Assembly: GCA_964398515.1 (NCBI GenBank)
Contig: CAYNNX010000004.1
Location: forward strand, 1-56,166
DNA: 56,166 bases
Reading direction: 5' to 3'
Source: an uncultured Streptantibioticus sp.
GTDB lineage: Bacteria; Actinomycetota; Actinomycetes; Streptomycetales; Streptomycetaceae
Positions 42,384-50,861 of the stretch are shown here, piece by piece. Under the pieces are notes generated by a model that did no database searches, had not been told where the DNA came from, and saw nothing but the letters and a program-made list of their open reading frames with translations. How positions within the stretch are numbered: position 1 is the stretch's first letter; every line of letters starts with the position of its first letter. The translations under genes and the position numbers were made by a program.

Positions 42384-43730
42384 ATGAGCAGCGACCCGAC
42401 AGCACCGGCCGCGTCGCCCGCACGGCTCGGCGAGCCGCTCCCGCCCGCACTGCTGGACCCCGGCGAGCGGATGAGCCGCGAGGAGCTGCGGTCCCACCAA
42501 CTGGCCCGGCTGCAGGCCACGTTGCGGCACGCGTACGACAACGTGGCCGCCTGCCGGCGGAAGTTCGACACCGCCGGGGTGCGCCCCGAGGACTGCCGCA
42601 CCCTGGCGGATCTGGCCCGTTTCCCGTTCACCACCAAAGCCGACCTGCGGGAGGGCTACCCGTACGGGACGTTCGCCGTGCCGATGGAGCGGGTGCGCCG
42701 GATCCACGCCTCCAGCGGGACGACCGGGCGGCCGACCGTGGTGGGCTACACCGACGGCGACCTGTCGGCGTGGGCCGAGGTCGTGGCCCGCTCGATCCGC
42801 GCCGCAGGCGGCCGCCCCGGCCACAAGGTGCACATCTCCTACGGCTACGGGCTGTTCACCGGCGGCCTGGGTGCGCACTACGGCGCCGAGCGGGCGGGGT
42901 GCACGGTGATCCCGGCCTCCGGCGGCATGACGTCCCGTCAGGTACAGCTGATCCAGGACCTGCGGCCCGAGATCATCATGGTCACCCCTTCCTACATGCT
43001 CACCCTGCTCGACGAGTTCGAGCGGCAGGGCGTCGACCCGCGCGGCACGTCGCTGCGCGTGGGCATCTTCGGAGCGGAGCCGTGGACCGAGGAGATGCGC
43101 CGGGAGATCGAGGAGCGCATGGACATCCACGCGGTCGACATCTACGGCCTGTCCGAGGTGATCGGTCCCGGTGTGGCGCAGGAGTGCGTGGAGACCAAGG
43201 ACGGTCTGCACGTGTGGGAGGACCACTTCTACCCCGAGGTCGTCGACCCGGTCACCGACGAGGTGCTGCCGGAGGGCGCCGAGGGCGAACTCGTCTTCAC
43301 CTCCCTGACCAAGGAGGCCATGCCGGTCGTGCGCTACCGCACCCGCGACCTGAGCCGCCTGCTGCCCGGCACCGCACGCCCGGCCTTCCGCCGGATCCAG
43401 AAGATCACCGGCCGCTGCGACGACATGATCGTGCTGCGCGGGGTCAACGTCTTCCCCACCCAGATCGAGGAGATCGTCCTGCGCACCCCGGGCGTCGCCC
43501 CCCACTTCCAGCTGCACCTGACGCGCCGCGGCCGCATGGACCGGATGACCGTACGCGTCGAGGCACGTGCCGACGCCGACCCCGGCAGGCGGAGCAGCGC
43601 GGCGGCGGCGATCGCCCAGGGCGTCAAGGACGGCGTCGGGGTGACCGTCGAGGTCGAGGTGGTCGCCCCCGAGACCCTGGAGCGCTCGGTCGGCAAGATC
43701 CGCCGAGTCGTCGACGAGCGCGACCGCTGA
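42384..43730 (+). CDS. paaK: phenylacetate--CoA ligase family adenylate-forming enzyme
   Basis: 448-aa track ORF; GAGGAG SD. Motifs ASSGTTGRPTVVGYT, DIYGLSE and RTRD typical of PaaK. Confidence 0.9.
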   Translation: MSSDPTAPAASPARLGEPLPPALLDPGERMSREELRSHQLARLQATLRHAYDNVAACRRKFDTAGVRPEDCRTLADLARFPFTTKADLREGYPYGTFAVPMERVRRIHASSGTTGRPTVVGYTDGDLSAWAEVVARSIRAAGGRPGHKVHISYGYGLFTGGLGAHYGAERAGCTVIPASGGMTSRQVQLIQDLRPEIIMVTPSYMLTLLDEFERQGVDPRGTSLRVGIFGAEPWTEEMRREIEERMDIHAVDIYGLSEVIGPGVAQECVETKDGLHVWEDHFYPEVVDPVTDEVLPEGAEGELVFTSLTKEAMPVVRYRTRDLSRLLPGTARPAFRRIQKITGRCDDMIVLRGVNVFPTQIEEIVLRTPGVAPHFQLHLTRRGRMDRMTVRVEARADADPGRRSSAAAAIAQGVKDGVGVTVEVEVVAPETLERSVGKIRRVVDERDR

Positions 43731-44002
43731 CCCGGCCGCCGCCCGCCCCGCCCTTCCGGCGGTTCTTCCGGCACGATCCCGTCCTCCCGGCGGGCCCGGG
43801 CCGGGTTCTACCGGCTGTGCTCCGGCGGCGGCATACGCCGCCGGTCCGACTGGCCCACGCTCAAAGGCCGCTATGACGGTGTGAGCGTGTTCGCCCCACC
43901 CTGATCCGCCTGGGGACGTGCGCCGCGGTCCTCACCGCGGGAGCCTGGCTGACGCTCCTGCTCGTAGGCCACGTGCACGTCCCCCCGGCTGCGCGGCGCC
44001 GA

Positions 44003-46072
44003 CTAGTGCCCGGGGCCGGCCGGGCAGAGCCTGCGTGCCTGGTGGTCCCCGGCGAGTTCGGCGTCGACACAGCCACCGGGCAGCGAACCATACGGTTTCG
44101 TACCGAAGTTCGCGGTGACCCGCAGGACGCCGTCGCCGAAGGTGGTCTGCTGGACCCCGCCGTCGGCGGTGAGCCTGCGGAAGCCGGTCATCGGCTGCGT
44201 ACCGGCGGCCTGGTGCAGCGGCGCGAAGTACCGCTGGAGGGCGGCGAGCCGCCGGCCGTCCCGGTCGAGCGCCGGGCCGTCCAGCACGAGGTTCAACGGC
44301 GTGTCGTAGAGCACGGCGAGCAGCGCCCGGGTCCGCTCCAGGGCCGGCAGCTTGGTGTACGACAGCTCCCACCGGTCGAGGCTGACCAGCGAGTCGTGCA
44401 ACGCGGTCTGGTACAGCGGGATCCGGTAGGCCGGGTCGAACATCGCCTTGGCCAGGTCGGGCGGCAGCGTGACCGGCTTGAAGTAGACGCCGGGTGCGCC
44501 CGCGGGCGCGTAACCGCCCCAGGCGGCCTTGTCCTTCTCCAGCGGCCACAGCCCGTCGGCGACGGGGGTCTGCGAGCCGTGGCTGAAGTCGACGACCGGC
44601 GCCGCCCAGCTGCCCGCGCTCTCCGAGCCGAGGACCAGCCTGTCCGGGCCGGACAGGGTGCGCATCCGGGCGAGCCGGTTGGCCTCGTCCTGCCGCTGGT
44701 TCATCGGGTGCGAGGGGCTGAAGTCGTCGTACAGCTCGCCTGCCGCGTCGACGTCGAGGAAGTAGCTGTCGGCGCCGTTCGCGGTCATCTGCCGGGTGCG
44801 CCGGGCCAGCTGGTGCGTTGCGGGCTCGCTCGCCCGGAACGCCTGGGAGCTGAGGTAGCAGCCCCGGCCGTGGAAGCCGGAACGCACCGAGCCGTCGGCG
44901 TCGCGCACGCAGAAGTCCGGGTAGACCGGGGACGGCCAGGAGGAGGTCGGCGCGTCGGAGGTCGCCGGGTCCTGGCCGTTGGCGAACGAGTCGTAGGGCC
45001 CGACGAGATAGCCCGCATGCTTGGCGGCGGCCACCGCGCCGGCGTCCATCGGGTGGCCGTCGGCGTCGTACCCGAGCCACAGCCGCGTGAAGCCGAGCGC
45101 CTTCAGCTGCCGGACGCCCTGGGCCGTGCGGGCCGTGCCCCAGGTGTAGGCGTGGAAGGCGCCGAGGAGCCCCGCGACCGCCGGGTTGGCGGCGATCTTC
45201 CGCCTGAGGGTGACCAGTTGCCCGTGGTCGGCCAGCCAGCGCCGGTAGTCCTGCGCGGGGGCGACGGGTGAGGGGTCGGTGAGGGCGAACGTGACCGTGT
45301 AGTCCCGGGTGTCCGCGCGCCGGGAGAAGGTGTGGACCGGGGTGCCCCGCAACCGCCCGCCGACGGAGGCGAAGCCCAGCCGCGTGCCGACCGGTTGCGG
45401 CACGAGGTAGCTGACGCCGTGGCCGCCCACGGTGTAGCCCCACAACGGCATCGTCAGATCGGCGACGAGGTCGTAGGCGTGGCCCGCCACCGCGTTGGCG
45501 TTCGCGTCGGCGTTCCACCATGGGTCGGCGACGGGTATGCCCAGGCCCTCGCCGCGCGGGATCTGCACCGTGGAGGCCGCGGGGTCGGTGCCGGTGACGG
45601 GCCAGGAGAGAGTGGAGCCGTCCCGGTCGCCGTGGACCGTGATCCGCAGCCGGCCCGACTCGGCGCTCGCGCTGACGGTCAGCCCCTGGCCCGGATAGGA
45701 CCAGCGGGCCGTGCCGCCCTCGGCCGTGACCGGGCCCGGTCGGCCCAGCGGCCTGGCCGAGGGCGCCGACAGGGTGAGCCGGCTGCCGTCGGCGGCGACC
45801 GCGCTGACGGCCAGGGTGTCGGCCCGCACCTCGGCCGTTCCGCCGGTGACGGGGACGTCGACCGTGGCGCCGTGCACCCGGACCGCGGGCGGTGCGGGTG
45901 AGCCGGACGCGGAGGACCAGACCACCCCGGACAGGGTGACCGCTCCCGCACCGGCCAGCGCCACCGCGGCGACCCGGCGGCGGGAGCGGACCGCCCGGTG
46001 GGACGTCGTCGAATTCACGGACTTCGGGGGCTTCGGGGAACCGGAAGAGTTCATGGAATTCGTGGACTTCAT
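44003..46072 (-). CDS. Tat/Sec-secreted glycoside-hydrolase-like (TIM-barrel type) protein, family unresolved
   Basis: 689-aa track ORF. RSRRRVAAVALAGAGA signal. An N-terminal beta-rich domain is followed by a barrel-like region (FLDVDAAGE, GSESAGSW). The first 20 codons are unusually AT-rich and hold two GAATTC-containing 14-mers (46011-46024 and 46056-46069). Confidence 0.7.
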   Translation of the reverse strand: MKSTNSMNSSGSPKPPKSVNSTTSHRAVRSRRRVAAVALAGAGAVTLSGVVWSSASGSPAPPAVRVHGATVDVPVTGGTAEVRADTLAVSAVAADGSRLTLSAPSARPLGRPGPVTAEGGTARWSYPGQGLTVSASAESGRLRITVHGDRDGSTLSWPVTGTDPAASTVQIPRGEGLGIPVADPWWNADANANAVAGHAYDLVADLTMPLWGYTVGGHGVSYLVPQPVGTRLGFASVGGRLRGTPVHTFSRRADTRDYTVTFALTDPSPVAPAQDYRRWLADHGQLVTLRRKIAANPAVAGLLGAFHAYTWGTARTAQGVRQLKALGFTRLWLGYDADGHPMDAGAVAAAKHAGYLVGPYDSFANGQDPATSDAPTSSWPSPVYPDFCVRDADGSVRSGFHGRGCYLSSQAFRASEPATHQLARRTRQMTANGADSYFLDVDAAGELYDDFSPSHPMNQRQDEANRLARMRTLSGPDRLVLGSESAGSWAAPVVDFSHGSQTPVADGLWPLEKDKAAWGGYAPAGAPGVYFKPVTLPPDLAKAMFDPAYRIPLYQTALHDSLVSLDRWELSYTKLPALERTRALLAVLYDTPLNLVLDGPALDRDGRRLAALQRYFAPLHQAAGTQPMTGFRRLTADGGVQQTTFGDGVLRVTANFGTKPYGSLPGGCVDAELAGDHQARRLCPAGPGH

Positions 46073-46094
46073 GCCCAGCGAGCGTGCCGGGCGG

Positions 46095-46115
46095 TTCTAA
46101 GAGCGCTCCTTAGAA
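46095..46115. promoter_or_regulatory. 21-bp near-perfect AT-rich palindrome TTCTAAGAGCGCTCCTTAGAA spanning the HK stop codon
   Basis: Arms TTCTAAG/CTTAGAA are perfect, around an AGCGCT core plus one extra C. It lies 23-43 nt upstream of the start of the secreted hydrolase-like gene (46072). Confidence 0.3.
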
Positions 46116-47719
46116 TCCGTGGAACCGATCCCGGGTACGGCCTCGACGGGCAGGCGCAGGCGGAAACGGGCGCCGCCGCCGGGCGCCGCCTCCGCGGTGA
46201 GGTCGGCGCCGTGGGCGCGGGCGATCTGCCGGGCCATGGCGAGCCCCAGCCCCGAGCCGGGCAGGGCGCGGGCGGCCGGAGCCCGGTAGAAGCGGTCGAA
46301 GACGTGCGGCAGGTCCTCGGGCGCGATGCCCGGGCCGTGGTCGCGCACCGACACCTCGACGGCACCGGCCGCGCACGCCACCGCGACCTCCACCGTCCCG
46401 TCCGGCGGGCTGAACTTGGCCGCGTTGTCGAGCAGGTTGCCCAGCAGCCGCGCCAGGCGGGCCGGGACACCCCGTACGGTCGCCGACGCTGCGGCGTCGG
46501 GGATGCGCAGGTCGAAGGCGACGCCCGGCCAGTGGTCGCGGGCCGATCGCACGCAGCGCTCGGTGAGCTCGGCCGGGTCCACCTGTTCCACCAGCGGCTG
46601 CGGCTCCTCGTCGCGGGCCAACTCCACGAGGTCCGACACGAGTTGGGTGACCTCGCGCAACTGCCTCTGCAGGGCGCCGCCCGCCCGGTCCCGCTGGGCG
46701 GGGGTGAGCAGTTCGGTGCGCGCCAGCAGTTCGGCGTTGGTGCGCAGGGCCGTCAGCGGGGTCCGCAGCTCATGGGAGGCGTCGGCCACCAGGCGCCGCT
46801 GGGCCGCGACGGACTCCTCCAGCTCGCCCAGCATGGTGTTGAAGCTGGCCGCCAGCCGGGTCACCTCGTCCTGCCGTTGGGAGCGGCGAGCCGACGAGCC
46901 CGCGGAGTGGGGGGTGCCGCGAAGCAAGCCTCCCGCGAAGCGGGCGAGGAGGTGAGCGCGACGATGGAGGGGCGGCGGTACCGGCGGCAGCTCGATGCGG
47001 TGCCGGGCGTCCCGGGTGGCGGCGATCCGCTCCGCGGCCGCGGTCAGCCGGGCGACCGGCGAGAGCCCGGTGCGCGCCGCCGCGTAACCGAGGACGCCGG
47101 CCAGCACCACCCCGGCCGCGCCCACCATCGCCATCAGCTCTCCCGCCTGCCGCGTCGCGTCCCGCACGCCGTCGGAGCGCACCGCCACCTGCAGGGCCCG
47201 GCCGTGGCCCGCCCAGGTCGTGAGCATCCGCGCCGGATGGCCGGCGACGGTGATGTCCCCGTAAGCACCCCGGTGCTCACCGGCGGCGATGCTGCGGGTG
47301 GTGGCCGTCACCGGCAGCAGGTACGGCGTCGGCGGGTCGGCGGCCGGTGTCCCGGGCACCACCTGCGCGCAGGCGGGCGCCGCCAGCCAGTCGCACTCCC
47401 CCTGGATCACCTCCGGCGCCATCCGCGGCTGCGCCCGCCGCAACTGGTTGGCCTGCCGCATGAGCTGGAGGTCGAGCTGACGCGTCAGCTCGTACCTCAC
47501 CACCACGAACGCCGCCGCACACGCGCCGAGCAGCACCACGGCGACCGTCGCCGAGGTGATCCACGCCAGGCGCGTCCGCAGCGGCCTGCGCACGCGCCAG
47601 CCGCGGGAGGGGGCCAGGGCGCCTCGGACGTCGGCGCCGCGGCGCGGTTCGCCGTCACCGGGCGGGCCCGACGCGCGGACCTGGGCACTCGGGGCGTCGC
47701 CCGCGGCTCGCCGGATCAC
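46097..47719 (-). CDS. sensor histidine kinase (MprB/CutS-like) with an extended HAMP connector
   Basis: Start at GTG 47719, overlapping the RR stop (GTGA). GTG 47593 (VRRPLRTRLAW...) is the alternative start. H-box SHELRTPL, N-box LLDNAAKF, G-box GSGLGLAMA. Two TM helices flank an approximately 130-aa extracytoplasmic loop. Confidence 0.85.
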   Translation of the reverse strand: MIRRAAGDAPSAQVRASGPPGDGEPRRGADVRGALAPSRGWRVRRPLRTRLAWITSATVAVVLLGACAAAFVVVRYELTRQLDLQLMRQANQLRRAQPRMAPEVIQGECDWLAAPACAQVVPGTPAADPPTPYLLPVTATTRSIAAGEHRGAYGDITVAGHPARMLTTWAGHGRALQVAVRSDGVRDATRQAGELMAMVGAAGVVLAGVLGYAAARTGLSPVARLTAAAERIAATRDARHRIELPPVPPPLHRRAHLLARFAGGLLRGTPHSAGSSARRSQRQDEVTRLAASFNTMLGELEESVAAQRRLVADASHELRTPLTALRTNAELLARTELLTPAQRDRAGGALQRQLREVTQLVSDLVELARDEEPQPLVEQVDPAELTERCVRSARDHWPGVAFDLRIPDAAASATVRGVPARLARLLGNLLDNAAKFSPPDGTVEVAVACAAGAVEVSVRDHGPGIAPEDLPHVFDRFYRAPAARALPGSGLGLAMARQIARAHGADLTAEAAPGGGARFRLRLPVEAVPGIGSTDSKERS

Positions 47720-48438
47720 CGGGCGGCGTCCAGCCGGTAGCCGACCCCGTGCACGGTGTGCACCAGTCGGGGCTCGCCGCCGGCCTCCAGCTTGCGGCGC
47801 AGGTAGCCGACGTATACGGCGAGTGAGTTGGAGTCGGGGCCGAAGTCGCCGCCCCAGACGCGTTCCACCATCAGTTGCCGGGGCAGCACGCGGCCGGGGT
47901 GGCGCAGCAGCAGTTCCAGGAGCGCGAACTCGGTGCGGGTGAACTCCAGCGGCCGCCCGCCGCGCTCGCCGGTGCGGGTGACGGGGTCGACCCACAGGTC
48001 GCCGAAGGCCAGCCGGCTCTCCGCCCCGGCGGGCTGAGCGGGTGCGGAGCGCCGCAGCAGGGCCCGCACCCGGGCCGCCAGTTCGTCGAGCGCGAACGGT
48101 TTGACCAGGTAGTCGTCGGCTCCGGCGTCGAGCCCGTCGACCCGTTCCCGCACCGAGTCCAGCGCCGTGAGCACGAGCACCGGGGTCCGGTCGCCGAGCC
48201 CGCGCAGCCGCCGGCAGACCGCGAGGCCGTCCAGGACGGGCATGAGCACGTCCAGGACGACGGCGTCCGGCTGCCAGGCGGCCACCTCCGCGAGTGCCGC
48301 GTGCCCGTCGGCGGCGCCGCGCACGGCGTATCCGGCGACCGCGAGGCCGTCCTCCACCGCGGCGCGCACGTCCGGTTCGTCGTCCACCACGAGGACCCGC
48401 GGGGCGCCCCCCGTCGTGGCGTGATCGTTCTCGTGCAT
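47716..48438 (-). CDS. OmpR/PhoB-family response regulator
   Basis: 240-aa track ORF. Receiver motifs VLVVDDE...VVLDVLMP...KPF and a winged-helix C-terminus ending GVGYRL. Confidence 0.9.
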   Translation of the reverse strand: MHENDHATTGGAPRVLVVDDEPDVRAAVEDGLAVAGYAVRGAADGHAALAEVAAWQPDAVVLDVLMPVLDGLAVCRRLRGLGDRTPVLVLTALDSVRERVDGLDAGADDYLVKPFALDELAARVRALLRRSAPAQPAGAESRLAFGDLWVDPVTRTGERGGRPLEFTRTEFALLELLLRHPGRVLPRQLMVERVWGGDFGPDSNSLAVYVGYLRRKLEAGGEPRLVHTVHGVGYRLDAAR

Positions 48439-48510
48439 CCCCCAACGGTCTCAGACGCCGGTGCGCGGGCGGCGTCCAGGGCCGGAGGGGTCCTCCGGCT
48501 CCGGATCGGA

Positions 48511-48750
48511 TCAGGCCTCGCCGGGGTGCCAGGGCGGCCACTCCCAGGGCCGGTCGTCCCAGTGGACCTGCCGCGGGTCGTTCAGGTCGATGCCGGGGAA
48601 GGCCTGTCGCACCCGCGGCTCGAACTCCTCCCGTTCCATCGGTGCCCAGCCGCCGCCCTTGATCCGGACCCGCCGGTACCGGCTGTCGCTGTCGTAGGGG
48701 GCCACCACGACGAGGTACTCCTGCTCGCCCTGGTTCGCGGTGTTCGTCAT
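48511..48750 (-). CDS. small hypothetical protein (79 aa), Trp/Pro-rich C-terminus
   Basis: Start at ATG 48750 (GGAG SD) inside track ORF 48511..48825. Good GC3. It lies 72 nt upstream of the response regulator gene. Confidence 0.55.
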   Translation of the reverse strand: MTNTANQGEQEYLVVVAPYDSDSRYRRVRIKGGGWAPMEREEFEPRVRQAFPGIDLNDPRQVHWDDRPWEWPPWHPGEA

Positions 48751-48836
48751 ATCTCCAGGGTGCGACGGCCGCCGGGACGGCGCATCGTGGAAGTGAGGTC
48801 CGGCCGCGCGGGCCCGGATGATCATGGAGGTTCCTG

Positions 48837-49265
48837 ATGAGTACGCTCGAAGAGCAGATCGACGTCGACGCCCCCGCCGCGGTGACGTGGGAGTACCTCC
48901 ACAAGGTGGAGAACTATCCGCAGTTCATCGACGGAGTCCGCCAGGCCCGGCCGGAGGGCCACAACCGGGCTCATCTGGACTTCGAGGAGGGCGGCCGGGT
49001 ACGCGAGTGCGACGCCCGGATCACCGATCGCGGTCAGGGCAAGGTCATGACCTGGCAGACCGAGGAGGCCGACCTCAAGGGCGCCTTCACGGTGCGTGCC
49101 ATCGACGACCGGCACACGCAGGTGCAGGTGCGGGTGGAGTACGACCCGGCGCGCACCCGGGACACCTTCGGCGGCCCCAAGGGGTTCGCTCAGTCCGACA
49201 GGATCCAGCAACTGGTACGGCACGACCTGGAGCGGTTCAAGGACCTGGTGGAGAGCAAGCGCTGA
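48837..49265 (+). CDS. SRPBCC (START/polyketide cyclase-dehydrase-like) superfamily protein
   Basis: 142-aa track ORF; GGAGG SD 6 nt upstream. The N-terminal pattern IDVDAPAAVTWEYLHKVENYPQF is typical of SRPBCC proteins. Confidence 0.8.
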   Translation: MSTLEEQIDVDAPAAVTWEYLHKVENYPQFIDGVRQARPEGHNRAHLDFEEGGRVRECDARITDRGQGKVMTWQTEEADLKGAFTVRAIDDRHTQVQVRVEYDPARTRDTFGGPKGFAQSDRIQQLVRHDLERFKDLVESKR

Positions 49266-49321
49266 CCGCGGCCCGGACCGCCACCGGGCCCCGGCGGCCG
49301 TCGGCCGAAGGCACCCGTCCG

Positions 49322-49738
49322 TCAGCCGAAGCGGACGTCGCCGGTGATCGTGCCGCTCTGGATGACCGGGCCGCGGATGTCGCCGCCGCTGATGGTGTTG
49401 TGCACGGCGGGCGCGGGCCCCTGGGCGGAGGCCGCCTCGGCGATCAGAGCCCTGAGCGCGTCGGCCGCCGCCGGATCCTCCTGAAGCAGCCGCCGCAGCC
49501 GCAGCCGCCACATGGCCTCGATGTCGGCGGCCGCCGACTCGTCCCCGTCGCCCCGGGCGGCGGCAAGCTCACGCCGGGACTCCTCCAGCTCCCCCTCGAC
49601 GAGCTCGGCCTGCTCCGGCCTCCCTCGCCCGAACAGGGCGCCGCACCGGGACTTCACCGCGGCCCACGCGTCACCGGCCATCAGCCCCACCAGCGTTGTG
49701 GCACCGGAGACCGCCAACGACGCCAACTCGGCTTCCAC
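49322..49738 (-). CDS. hypothetical helical protein with a Gly-rich C-terminal tail (138 aa)
   Basis: GTG start with AAGGGGGG SD; good GC3. The N-terminal hydrophobic helix is followed by an acidic coiled segment and the tail NTISGGDIRGPVIQSGTITGDVRFG. Confidence 0.65.
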   Translation of the reverse strand: MEAELASLAVSGATTLVGLMAGDAWAAVKSRCGALFGRGRPEQAELVEGELEESRRELAAARGDGDESAAADIEAMWRLRLRRLLQEDPAAADALRALIAEAASAQGPAPAVHNTISGGDIRGPVIQSGTITGDVRFG

Positions 49739-49817
49739 ACGCCCCCCTTGTGCTCACCGGGCACCCGACGGTCCCAACGATAGAGGCGCCCCGTGCGGCA
49801 GGAACACCGCTTCCCCG

Positions 49818-50861
49818 TCACTCGTCCGTGATCACCACCTTGCCGAAGTGGCCCCTGCTCTCGAAGTGGCGGTAGGCGGCGACAGCGTCCGAGAAGGGGA
49901 AGGTGCTGTCGATGACGGGGCGGATCCGGTGCTGCTCGATCGCGCGGTTCATCTGCTCGAACATCTCGCGACTGCCCACGAACAACCCCTGGAGATCGAC
50001 GCCTTTGCGGAGGACCGGCGAGGGGTCGATCCCGCCACCTCCGGCCAGCACTCCGATCAGGCTGATCCGCCCGCCCGTGCGCACGGCAGTCAGAGACTGC
50101 GGCAACGTTCCCGCCCCGCCCACCTCGACGACGTGGTCGACCCCGCCCGCGGTCGACTCCTGGACCGCGTCGCCCCATCCGGGCGTCCGGGAGTAGTCGA
50201 TCCCGTCCGCGGCTCCGAGTGAGCGCAGTCGCTCCAGTTTGGCGTCGCTGCTGGAAACGGCGGTCACCCGGGCGCCACCCAGGACGGCGAACTGCAGCGC
50301 GAACAGTGAGACGCCGCCGCTGCCCATGGTCAGGACGGTCTGGCCGGGAGCGAGTCCGCCGCGCACCACCACCGCGTGCCACGCGGTCACCGCCGCGCAT
50401 GGCAGCGTCGCGGCCTCGGCGAAGTCCAGGTGGGAGGGGGCGGCGACCACGGCTTCCTGGTCGAGGAGCACGTACTGCGAGAGAACTCCGTCCACCGTGG
50501 CGCCCAGCGCAGTCCGGGCCTTCTCCGCGCTGGGCGGACCGCAGAGCCAGCCGGGCATGAAGATGCCGATGACCCGGTCCCCCGGCTGCCACCGGGTGAC
50601 CTCGGTTCCGGTCTCGACCACTTCGCCCGCGCCGTCGGACAGCGGGATCACTCCGGGTTTCAGCGCGCGCCCGTAGGCGTTCGCGGCGATCATCAGATCC
50701 CGGTAGTTCAACGACCACGCCCGCATCCGGACGAGAACCTCGCGCGGTCCGGGAGCGGGCACGTCGCGTTCGTCCATCCGCAGGGCGTCCACTCCGGAGA
50801 AGTGCGGCAGGTGGTAGTACCGCGTCGTCACCGTCTCCACCGTGGTCCTCGTCGTGTTCAT
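49818..50861 (-). CDS. NAD(P)-dependent medium-chain dehydrogenase/reductase (quinone oxidoreductase/ADH-like)
   Basis: 347-aa track ORF. Motifs SLNYRDL, PLSDGAGEV and VLTMGSGGVSLFALQFA. Confidence 0.9.
   Translation of the reverse strand: MNTTRTTVETVTTRYYHLPHFSGVDALRMDERDVPAPGPREVLVRMRAWSLNYRDLMIAANAYGRALKPGVIPLSDGAGEVVETGTEVTRWQPGDRVIGIFMPGWLCGPPSAEKARTALGATVDGVLSQYVLLDQEAVVAAPSHLDFAEAATLPCAAVTAWHAVVVRGGLAPGQTVLTMGSGGVSLFALQFAVLGGARVTAVSSSDAKLERLRSLGAADGIDYSRTPGWGDAVQESTAGGVDHVVEVGGAGTLPQSLTAVRTGGRISLIGVLAGGGGIDPSPVLRKGVDLQGLFVGSREMFEQMNRAIEQHRIRPVIDSTFPFSDAVAAYRHFESRGHFGKVVITDE

Noticed and set aside
43880-43972. Plus-frame stretch encoding a TM-like peptide (..LIRLGTCAAVLTAGAWLTLLLVGH..) in the paaK/hydrolase convergent spacer
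   Set aside because: There is no ATG, GTG or TTG start between the preceding in-frame TGA and GTG 43973. The frame then simply continues as the antisense shadow ORF of the hydrolase-like gene.
47720-48904. Upstream extension of the HK reading frame (935-aa ORF 46097..48904) through the response-regulator region
   Set aside because: The extension is Arg/Pro/Gly-rich and out of frame with the clearly real RR gene. The GTGA overlap start at 47719 is the conventional arrangement.
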